Assembly: GCA_002269645.1 (NCBI GenBank)
Contig: NIVC01003679.1
Location: forward strand, 19,187 to 83,186
DNA length: 64,000 nt
Direction: 5' to 3'
Source: Macrostomum lignano
Lineage: Eukaryota
The notes beneath the pieces were generated by a model that was not told the DNA's origin, did no database searches, and saw only the letters and a program-made list of their open reading frames with translations. Position 1 is the first letter of the stretch. Every line of letters starts with the position of its first letter. The translations under genes were made by a program, and so were the position numbers. Positions 11,752 through 22,200 of the stretch are shown in pieces.

Positions 11752-14700
11752 CTAAGGCGCATACACGGACTCGTCAATCGGACTGATGTAGCCGACGGCA
11801 ATGAGGATGGCGTCAACCAGTGACCAGACTCCGAAGCCGCCAAAGCTGAACAGCTTGCCGAGCCCCTCGCGCCACTGGCCCAGGTAGAATCTGTCCAGGC
11901 CGAAGCCGCCCAGCAGGGCTGTGCACCACATGCTCACCGACCATTTGTAGCCGCCCGACCAATCGCAGCGCAGCATCCGGCGAAACGAGCGGCGGCCAAG
12001 GCAGCTGGCGTTCAAAGCTGCCGTGCAGTTGGTCTCGTAGTGGCGGAACACCGGGTCCCGGACCTGGGGTTGCGGTAGTGTCAGCAGTAGTAATAGTAGC
12101 ATCAGCAGTAGTAATAGTAGCATCAGCAGTAGTAATAGTAGTATCAGCAATAGTAATTGCTGGACTCTGACTGACTCTGATCTGTTATGGACTGTGGGCT
12201 CTGGGGTCAGTGCTTGGGGTGGGTTCTTTGTCTGGTGAGGGTTTGCGTACTCTATGTACATCGTTGCTCATTCTCCATTCCATCGTGCATGCCTTATCTC
12301 TGTCACCCACCCCAATGCTATGCTGCGATACTTATTAAATGTGTTTCTGATCTAAGATTGACTTCAATAAACTTTTGTCACTACTGAGTGCTAAAGCTAT
12401 TGACTTTCACTTGGCGTCGCAAGCAGGATCGCGCATGCCTGCATACGGCCAGAACGTCTATTAAGATACGAGACCAACTGCCTCTGGAAAATTTGGACGA
12501 ACTGCGAGCCTGGGCAGAAGTGTTCGACGCTCAGGCGAGGTCCAAATGAGTCAGAGACGAGGGGAACAACCTCGGCTTGACAGACGCATTTTTAGGATCG
12601 CTGGGCGTAAGTCAACTTATGAAGGTCAAACAGCTAGTGGCTCCAAAGAAGATCGCGGGAATGCGGTGGGAGGACATCAAGAAAAGTCTTTTCAAGTATC
12701 TGGAGCCCAAGAAGAGACTTCTGATAGCCGAGAGGACAGCATTCATGGCCACGAGACAAGTCGATGGAGAGACTGTGGCCGGCTTCACTGCCAGATTGCG
12801 AGAACAGGCCATGGTTTGCGAGTTCGAGAAGTTCAAGGAAGAGCAGGCGGACCCGGCTGAGCAGCTGATTAAGATGCGCCTCATCGCTGGCCTAGTCAGC
12901 CAGGACACGAGAAACAAGGTTCTGGAGCGTGAGATGACGCAAGAGCTGACTGTAGATCAGATCACTGAGTTTGTTCAGCAGCTGCAACTAGTCAACGATT
13001 GCACGACATCAACATCGGCAGCTCAGAACATCAGAGCATTAACTGAGCCAGCTGTGCATCAGGCAGTGTCACAAGAGCTGGAGCAGCAATCGACTCACAC
13101 TGTTCACCAGTTCAAGGGCAAGTGTGGAAGATGCGGCTTGGCTCAGCATCGTAATGTGTCAGAATGTCGGGCCTTGAAAGCTGCTTGCCACAAGTGCGGA
13201 AAGCAGGGACACTTTGCCAGGGCATGTCGCGGCACCGCCAAGGCGCACTTCACGGAGCCCAAAGCCAACCCGGATGAAGCTGTGTTTTTCTGCACTGAAG
13301 GCAAGCCAGCTGACTTCTGCTTTGTGAAGATCAACGGTAAGCAGGTGAAAATGGAGAGACAGCGGCGCCTCCTACTCATTGATCTCTAAGAAAATCTGGA
13401 TCGACCTTGGACGTCCAGCACTCAAGAAGCCGAAGTCACGCATGCTGTCATATGATGGTCACGTGATGAGACAGCTTGGCCTCCTACAGTGCCTGGAGGA
13501 GACTGAAGGCAACAACGGGAGATTTGCGATAATTGAACTCCCGGTGATAGACTGTCACCAGCAATTCGGTCTCCTGGGCCGGAATCTGCTAAGCAGCCAG
13601 CAGATGCATCATTCGGAGGAGGTGAGCAACAAATATCTGAAGTTGGCTGGAATCAAGGGCGCGGTTGGAGAGATCCGACTCAAGTCCAGCGCCGAGCCAG
13701 TGTTCCAACCGGCCCGTGAGCTTCCCATGGCATTGAAACCGCTGGTGAAGAAGGAATTCGACCTGATGGAGGCGGCTGGAATTGTTGAGAAAGTGAACTC
13801 ATCAGAGTGGGGCAGCCCGATTGTAGTCACCGCCAAGCCTGGCCGGGAGACCGCGAGGATCTGCGGCGACTACACCGCCGTCAATCAGCTGATTCAAGGT
13901 CAGACGTATCTCACACCCTCCATAGAGACGGCCTTTTCGAAAGTTGACAACAAGAAGTTCTTCTGTCACCTGGATCTGTCAGACGCCTACTACCAGATTC
14001 TCCTGGATGAGCAGTCCAAGGCGGTCACCACCATCAACACCCCGTTCGGCTGCTACCGCTTCAACAGACTGCCCTACGGTATCAAGGTGTCACCATCAGT
14101 CTTTCAGCGTGAGATGGAGAAACTGATCGGTGAGCATCCGAGTGTTATTACGAGTACTTATCAAGATGATGTGCTGATTGGTGGGAGTTCTACGCTAGAG
14201 CTGCAGCAGATCAGGGAAGGTGTCTTGAAAAGACTGCGAGAGGCCAATGTCAAAATTAACGAGTCAAAGTGCGTTATGGAGGCTAATAGCCTGAAGTTTC
14301 TGGGGCACGTCATCGATGCAGAAGGCATCAAACCAGACCCAGGGATGGTTGAGAGAGTGCTACAGGTAGCCAGCCCCAAGAGTAAAAAGGACCTAGAGAA
14401 GTTTCTAGGACTCGCACAGTTCTACGGCAGACTGATTCCCAACTTCTCCGAGCGCTGCCGAGTATTGCATGAGCTGAGGAGGAGCGACAGTGCATTCGAT
14501 TGGAGCCCGGCAGCCGAGGCTGCCTTTGCCGAAGTAAAAGCATGTCTTTCCTCCAAGCCGTTTGTCAAGCCATATGACATCAATGCGCCAGTCTGCCTTC
14601 GAGTTGATGCTAGTGAAAAATCTGTTGGCGCTGTTCTAACTCAAGTAGGTCACCCGGTGATGTACCTATCGAGGATGCTCACCTCCGCGGAGTCCAACTA

Positions 14701-17680
14701 CTCTAACATTGAAAGGGAAGCGCTAGCAATAGTCTTGGCAGTTGAGCGAGCGAAGAAAATGTTGAGCAGGAAAAATTTATCTTGCAAACGGACCATGAAC
14801 CTCTGAGATTTATTTTCAACCCGAGCAAAAGCCTGCCAAAAACAGCGTCAGCTAAGCTGACTAGATGGGCCTTGAGACTGTCTGCATTCGATTACTCTGT
14901 GAAATACATTCCAGGAAAGCAGCTACTGGACGCTGATGCCTTGTCAAGGCTCAACTACACTGCAGAAGTTGATGAGGACACGGTGCATCAAGCGGATTCA
15001 GTGCTGAGCGCAGATGACTGCGACGCGTCTGGGCTGGTGACTCGGCAGGAGCTCCGGGAAGCCACACTGAACTGCTCGGTGCTGAAGAGACTGCAACAGA
15101 GAATCCAAACCGGGCGTTGGGGTCAAGTTTCTCAGGTTGAGCGACCCTTTAAAGCCTGTAGAACTTCCCTGTCGACTGATAACGGCTTGGTGATCCATGG
15201 AACTCGAGTGGTACCTCCAGCAGTGCTTCGTCGGCGGATTCTGAAAGCGGCTCATGATGAAGTGCATCCTAGCTTTGAGAGCACTAAGGCCCACATCTGC
15301 AAGGAATTCTGGTGGCCTGGATTGGATCGAGATGTGCGACAGTATGTGGAGAGATGCCGGATATGCGCTGAGTCCCGCCCGCTGTCTAATAGCAAAATCG
15401 ACATATGGCCACCGGAGACAACTCCATGGAGCCGCGTCTACATGGACCACTGCGAAGTCTCGGGAGTCGGCCTGCTGCTGCTACTGTCGGACGCTTACTT
15501 AGGCTGGCCTGAAGCCATTCCGGTTCCGGACAAGTCGACGGACACTGTCATGAGAGTCCTGAGAGCTGTCTTTGCTCGCAACGGTGTGCCGCAAACCTTG
15601 GTATCCGACCAGATTTTAAATCGACCCGACTGTCTCAGTGGCTGAATTCAATCGGATGCAGGGAGGTCCACACTCCGCCATACCACCCGGCATCAAACGG
15701 ACAGGCTGGACGGCTCGTAAGGAGCCTGAAGGACGGCCTGAGAACCTGGAACCGAGTTGTCTCATTTCAACAATTCCTGCAGAAGCTGCTCCTGACCGTG
15801 AGGACTGGCCGGCTGAGTGGATCTAGACCAGCGTCACCGGACATCATGATGTGGGGGAGGAGGCTGCGTCATCCTCTATCAATGCCCGAACAAGTCGGAG
15901 ATGCCATCTGGCTTCGGATGTTCCCAGAGACCGAACCCGTCAAGGCCAAGTTCGTGGTTCAGCATCGCCAAAATACCGCTCTGGTGACGCCAACTGATTT
16001 GCCGTCTGGAGGACTGCGCCTGGCTCACCGCAACCAATGGAGCGACCGTCCAGAGAATCAGGAGGATGACAGCACTGGCGAGCCTGAGCATCGGCAGCCC
16101 CCAGCTGGTACATCCAAGATGGTCGTTACGGACCCAGCTGACGAGCCGACGGTTCAGAATGACAGCGCGAATGCTGGTGGGCCTTCCTATGAGCTCCGAC
16201 CAAAACGTCCGGTCTGCTACAAGTGCTAATTTGATGGGGGGGGGGCAGTGCTGGACTCTGACTGACTCTGATCTGTTATGGACTGTGGGCTCTGGGGTCA
16301 GTGCTTGGGGTGGGTTCTTTGTCTGGTGAGGGTTTGCGTACTCTGTGTACATCGTTGCTCATTCTCCATTCCATCGTGCCTGCCTTATCTCTGTCACCCA
16401 CCCCAATGCTATGCTGCGATGCTTATTAAATGTGTTTCTGATCTAAGATTGACTTCAATAAACTTTTGTCACTTACTGAGTGCTAAAGCTATTGACTTTT
16501 AGTAATAGTAGTATCAGCAATAGTAATAGGGTAGTATCAGCAGTAGTAACAGTAGTATCAGTAGTATCAATAGTAATAGTAGTATCAGCAATAGTAATTG
16601 CTGGACTCTGACTGACTCTGATCTGTTATGGACTGTGGGCTCTGGGGTCAGTGCTTGAGGTGGGTTCTTTGTCTGGTGAGGGTTTGCGTACTCTGTGTAC
16701 ATCGTTGCTCATTCTCCATTCCATCGTGCATGCCTTATCTCTGTCACCCACCCCAATGCTATGCTGCGATGCTTATTAAATGTGTTTCTGATCTAAGATT
16801 GACTTCAATAAACTTTTGTCACTTACTGAGTGCTAAAGCTATTGACTTTCAGTAATAGTAGTATCAGCAATAGTAATAGGGTAGTATCAGCAGTAGTAAC
16901 AGTAGTATCAGTAGTATCAATAGTAATAGTAGTATCAGCAATAGTAATAGGGTATTATCAGTAGTTTCAATAGTAATAGTAGTATCAGCAATAGTAATAG
17001 GGTAGTATCAGTAGTATCAATAGTAATAGTAGTATCAGCAATAGTAATACGAGCTAGGGTAGTATCAGCATTAGTAACAGTAGTATCAGTAGTATCAATA
17101 GTAATAGTAGTATCGGCAGTAGTAATAGTAGTTCAGTAGGTGTATATTGTGCAAAATCAGTAATAATAGAAATACTTTTAGTAGTATCGTAAGAATACTT
17201 GCTGTAATATAGCCAGCAGTACTCAGAGAGCACTAGTCCCACCTTGCACGTGGCTCGCTTGTCGCAGGTGTACAGCTCAGGCGGCAGCTGGTGGCAGTAG
17301 CGGCATGCTAAGGTGCGCGGCAGCGGTCCCCGATCGCCGGTGCAGTTCACATCAGGCAGCGGCTCGCAGGGCACGGCGGGCACCGCGGCGCCCAGCCGAC
17401 AGCCAGCGGTGGCGTTGACGCGGCAGGACAGGCAGGCGAACGGCAGGCGGTCGCACGGCGGCGGCGGCTGGTCTGCAGTCTGCAAAAAAGTGCAAAGTGT
17501 CAGTTTGAATTGGCTGGCTGCCACAGCGCACTGCTGATCCCATCTACTCACCTGGGGACACGGCGCCGTTGCAGCCTCCGGTTCCGACTCGCTGCCGGAA
17601 GCAACCGGGACCAGCAGCTGCGGAAGCAGCAGTGCCAATAGAAGAAACGCCGGAAACTGCTGGAATTCAATGGCCGATTT
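11752..17680 (-). CDS. TM2D3: TM2 domain-containing protein 3 (almondex-like); no in-frame ATG found
   Basis: Exons 17680-17552, 17479-17243 and 12063-11752 (TAG), all phase 0 with GT..AG introns. The C-terminus CDWSGGYKWSVSMWCTALLGGFGLDRFYLGQWREGLGKLFSFGGFGVWSLVDAILIAVGYISPID is the TM2D3 signature; CRYCHQLP lies upstream and there is a signal-peptide-like N-terminus. The 5' boundary is uncertain. Confidence 0.9.
12075..12157 (+). repeat. AGT/ATC-rich low-complexity repeat (left part) that hosts the gypsy insertion
   Basis: (AGTAATAGTAGYATCAGC)-like units; the array resumes at 16502. Confidence 0.85.
12577..13389 (+). pseudogene. gag: gypsy gag with CCHC zinc knuckles (5' part interrupted by stops)
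   Basis: CGRCGLAQH..C and CHKCGKQGHFARAC motifs; in-frame TGA near 12547; frameshift just before the protease DSGAS motif near 13355. Confidence 0.85.
13379..15645 (+). pseudogene. pol: gypsy pol (protease end, RT, RNase H, integrase), frameshifted
   Basis: RT motifs LDLSDAYYQI, FNRLPYGI and YQDD; RNase H VDASEKSVGAVL..NYSNIEREALAI; integrase HHCC (H..H..CRIC) and PWSRVYMD..VSD. Frameshifts near 14775 and after ~15610. Confidence 0.9.
16502..17125 (+). repeat. AGT/ATC-rich low-complexity repeat (right part), interrupted by the solo LTR
   Basis: AGTAATAGTAGTATCAGCAAT-like units. Confidence 0.85.
16599..16851 (+). mobile_element. Solo LTR of the same gypsy family
   Basis: 253 bp, TG..CA, about 98% identical to the two LTRs, flanked by GTAAT on both sides. 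Confidence 0.95.
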
Positions 17681-17699
17681 CTAATTTGAGTCAAAGGGT

Positions 17700-18206
17700 T
17701 TGGGAGTTCAGCTGGGGGATATGGGAGTTCAGCTGAGGGATATGGGAGTTCAGCTGGGGGATATGGGAGTTCAGCTGAGGGATATGAGAGTTCAGCTGAG
17801 GGATAGGGGATTTCAGCTGAGGAATATAAGATTTCAGCTGAAGGATATGGGATTTCAGCTGAGGGATATGGGATTTCAGCTGAGGGATATAAGATTTCAG
17901 CTGAGGATATCGGATTTCAGCTGAGGGATATGGGATTTCAGCTGAGGGATATAAGATTTCAGCTGAGGATATCGGATTTCAGCTGAGGGATAGGGGATTT
18001 CAGCTGAGGAATATAAGATTTCAGCTGAGGGACATGGGATTTCAGCTGAGGGATAGGGGATTTCAGCTGAGGATATCGGATTTCAGCTGAGGGATAGGGG
18101 ATTTCAGCTGAGGGATAGGGGATTTCAGCTGAGGGATAGGGGATTTCAGCTGAGGGATAGGGGATTTCAGATGAGGATATCGGATTTTAGCTGAGGGATA
18201 TGGGAT
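17700..18206 (+). repeat. ~20-21-bp minisatellite (GGGATTTCAGCTGAGGGATAT)n
   Basis: About 24 copies immediately upstream of the first TM2D3 exon. Confidence 0.93.
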
Positions 18207-18984
18207 TACATACATGTAATGCATACAAATAAAAAAAATCGATAATAATGAAACCAAATAATAAGATTATATTGTAAAAGTTACATGCATTGCACTAAAA
18301 CACGATTGCAACGTTGACAACAGTGAAATAAAAGCACAATGATTGTAAGAAAATCTAAACATTAGTGACAAATGAATACATGAACATGCTAGCTAGTAGT
18401 ACATGTAGCTCAACAGGCCTATGGTAAATGTAAAAGTTAGAACAAGAGATTATACAGAGAGAAAAAACCACATGCTGTTCAAAAATTGGTCAGCAACAGC
18501 AGGCGATCACAGGACAAATCAAAACAAAGCTACGAGTTTCACAAGCTGCACAAACAGTTGACCTTCAAAAGTTAGGACAAAAGAACCGAGGGAAAAATCA
18601 TAAAACTGCATTGCATTGCAGCACAAGCACTGGTGGATATGCTATTGAGACTCCGGTAGTGGAACATCTGTAGATAAAAAATGGTGCAAGCAGACAGGAA
18701 TTCATTGTCCAGTGAGATTGCCGCAGCTCCAACTTAGCGATGTCTTGGAATGCAGGCGACAGCAGCTTCGGCTTCAGAGAAAAAAAGAAGAGAAAGGAGA
18801 TGACAATTTACTGGCAATAGTGAAACACAGTGCGCGGCAGAGCAGTGCTCAAAATGGTGTCTGGGAAATCAGAGGTAGATTTCTATTGCAGAAAAATATT
18901 AATACGAAAATATGGTCCCACTGAAATTGGACTGAAACAGACAGAAGGGGCACAAGAGTTTTTTAGCGTGGGGGGCGGAAGGGA

Positions 18985-19210
18985 TTAGTAAGGGGCGGAA
19001 AGGAATAGTAAGGGGGCGGAAAGGACTAGTTAAGGGGGCGGAGAGGACTAGTAAGGGGGCGGAAAGGACTAGTAAGGGGGGCGGAAAGGACTAGTAAGGG
19101 GGGAAAGGACTAGTAAGGGGGCGGAAAGGACTGGTAAGGGGGCGGAAAGGACTAGTAAGGGGGGCGGAAAGGACTAGTAAGAGGGCAGAAAGGACTAGTA
19201 AGGGGCGGAC
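18985..19210 (+). repeat. ~21-bp minisatellite (TAAGGGGGCGGAAAGGACTAG)n downstream of the MRAS stop
   Basis: About 10 copies. Confidence 0.9.
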
Positions 19211-19240
19211 AATAAAACTGCAGGGACGCGCAGGCGAGGA

Positions 19241-22200
19241 TCACATGACTCGGCATTTTCGTTTGCGCCTTGGCGGAGGCGGCGGCGCCTCGGGCGGCTG
19301 CATGCGGATGGCCTGCACCACAGAGTGGAAGGCCTCGTCCACGTTGAATGGCGGGTCTTTGGCGCTGGTCTCGATGTACTGGATCTGCGGGAAATTGGCA
19401 TAGCGGCTAGTACGATGATAGCTATGAGTGCACCACACAGCCAATCCTATGAAATGAACTAACAACCTGCATTCCTTGGCTCATCAGCAGACACCCCAGT
19501 CTCTCAGCAGACACCCAGTCCAACAGCAGACACCCCAGTCCATCAGCAGACACCCAGTCCATCAGCAGACACCCCACTCCCTCAGCAGACACCCCAATCC
19601 CTCAGCAGACACCCATTCCCTCAGCAGACACCCCAGTCCATCAGCAGACACCCAAGTCCATCAGCAGACACCCAGTCGAACAGCAGACACCCCAGTCCCC
19701 CAACAGACGCACGCGAAGGCGTATTCAGCACGCCAGTGAAGTATGAGACAGACCAGGCCTATGGGCTACGGTCTGCGATGCTTCACGCCTGCCCCTATCT
19801 TCAGCAGGTCAAGGCTGGAGGGAGGTCTGCACCCGCTATTTGCCGCTGGCAACCGCAGACCCCCCCCCTCACGCTGTTTCGCAAGTCGACCCAGGGTACT
19901 CGTCCCCGCGTGTGTTCAAGGCAGACCCTAGGGCTGCTGGACAGACTGGGCTCCGACGCTGGCGACCCATCCAGTGGCTTCGGCCGAACTTGGGTATGCA
20001 GGTCTGGCTTGCCAGCCTGCAGGCCGTGGTACTGCTTAACGTACCCCCTATTGCATAAGGTGTTTGACCGTACCGATGGGCTGGAAGGCCGGGGGGTTGT
20101 CCGGTCGCTAGCGGTCCTTTTCTTTTTCTTCTTTCCTCTTTCTTTTGTGACTCTGCTCACTCCTTCCCGCTTTCAGCTATGGCGTCATCCGCCTCTTTCA
20201 ACCCCGCTGAAGCCGGGGCCCCGGCAACTCCGGCCGGTGACTCTGGCACCAGCGCCGCCCCACCGGGGGCAGATGGGCTTGCCGCCGGCTCCGCCGGTGA
20301 CATGCCCGCACGCGCAACCGGGCCCTCCGCTGAAGCCCGACGCGCCCGTAACCAACGCCGCAACGAGCGACGACGGCGACTGCGGGATACTGCGGGCCGG
20401 CCACCGGCGGAGGGGGAACCTAGGGAGGGCGAGGCTGCTGTTGGGCCGAAAGGAGCCACAGCAACCCCTGCCCCCCAGGATACAACCCCCGCTGGTGAGC
20501 CACCCAGTAAACCTGCTACAAGCGCGGCCGGGCCTTCGGGAACCGCAGCCACCAACTACGCCTCAAAGGTCAAGCTCCAACCGGCGGTCATCGTCTTCGG
20601 GGAAGAGCAGGACCTCACGGCCGACGAGCTCGACAGTGCCTGGCGCACCATTGATGCTGCGCTCATCGACCAGCTCCTGGCGGGCCGCCCTGTGAGCGTG
20701 GTCAAGTCTGCCAAGACCGGCGGCTGCATCTTCATCTGGTGCAACTCGGAGGAGAGCAGCCGCAATCTACGCGAGCTTCTGCCAAAGCTGAACTGGCCCA
20801 AGAAGCTCGGCAAGCTCGTCTTCGCCAGCGAAGGCGAGTGACAGAAGACCCAGCGCTTTCGCGTCTGGATCCCGGCCGGCAGTGCCATTAAGTCCGGAGA
20901 TCAGCTTAGGCAAATATTGCTAAAGCTGCACCCCGACCTTGAGGTCAATGGGCTCCTACACCACGCCACTTCCCGCAAGGAGAAGGGGGCTACGGTGATC
21001 CTAGGGCTCTCTGATGACTGGGCTAAGCGCTTGCCGCCTAAGTCCACAATTCATATTGGTCTGACTAAGCTGACCATCCTCCGTTGCGAGGAGCGGAAAG
21101 CTGATGAAGCCAAGAATGCCAAGGCTTCCGAAACCGGAACTGGGGCCCAGGCTCCTCCGGCAAAGAAGCCGAGGCAAACGGTCGACCCTATGCCCGGTAA
21201 GGCAGTTCGCGCTGCTGAAACCGGAAACCGAAATCGCAGACCCGCCAGGAGCACCCGGAGGTCCGGCCTAATACAGCGCGCGCTGGACCAGGCCAAGAGC
21301 CTTCGGGCGCATCGTGAGCGGGCCCGCGCCTCTCGCGCTCCACCCCAACAGCCAGAAGGCCAGGCTCTAAGCGGGGAGGCTCCGACCGACTGGTTCGAGT
21401 CTGTGACTCACCAGGAGGCTGGCACCACCCGCATCGACCTGACCGACGAGGCAGAGGGGACGGGCAGTGACAGCAACGAAGCACGCAGGGGAGGCGACGG
21501 TAACGTCCACGCTGGGCTCACGTCCGCGGAGGACTCCACAGCCACCCTAACTGCTGAGGACGCTGAAACTCCCATGGAGGTCTGCGGGTCACCCACCACT
21601 GAAAAGGAGGATGATGATCTGCTCAACGATTCCCCAACTGCGTGATAATGATCAGCAACCAGGGAATCCATTGCCTGCAGATTAATCTGCAACACTGCGT
21701 CGCAGCCTCGGTCAACCTTATGCGTTACGCCGAGCTCGACAAGCCGGGGCTCATCCTCGTCCAGGAACCCTGGACTCTGAGAGGTAAGCCTCAAAACGCC
21801 CCTGCTGGCTACAATTGTTTTTATACTTACCCTCGCGAGGCCAACCAGCCTCCCAGAGCTTGCATCTTTGCGAGAAAAACGCTCAGTGCGTGGCTCAGAT
21901 CGGACCTGTCCAACAGGGACATCTGCGTCATCCAATCCGAGGACCTCCTTCCTGGGAAGACCACCCTCATTGCCTCGGTTTACTTACCAGGTGATGCTGC
22001 GGTCGTCCCCAGAGCCCTCGCTACGCTGGTAGAGCTTTGCTCTGCCAAAAACTACGAGCTCATGGTTGCCGGCGACATCAACGCCCACCACACTCACTGG
22101 GGCAGCACTGGCACTAATCAGAGAGGCGAAGACCTCCTAGCCTACGTTGCCTCTACGACCCTCGAGTTCTGCAACTCTGGGTCCACCCCTACCTTTGACA

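Larger units (their letters stand above)
12158..16501 (+). mobile_element. Ty3/gypsy LTR retrotransposon, full length but frameshifted, in TM2D3 intron 2 (antisense to host)
   Basis: LTRs 12158-12409 and 16249-16501 (TG..CA; the 3' LTR ends TG..TA). 5-bp TSD GTAAT at 12153-12157 and 16502-16506. PBS TGGCGTCGCAAGCAGGAT at 12412-12429, PPT G10 at 16236-16245. Domain order gag-PR-RT-RH-IN. Confidence 0.95.

Noticed and set aside
21101-21135. CTGATGA..AGCC..GGCT..CGAAAC hammerhead look-alike
   Set aside because: Three extra bases lie between stem II and GAAA, no stems I or III were found, and it sits in LINE ORF1 coding sequence.
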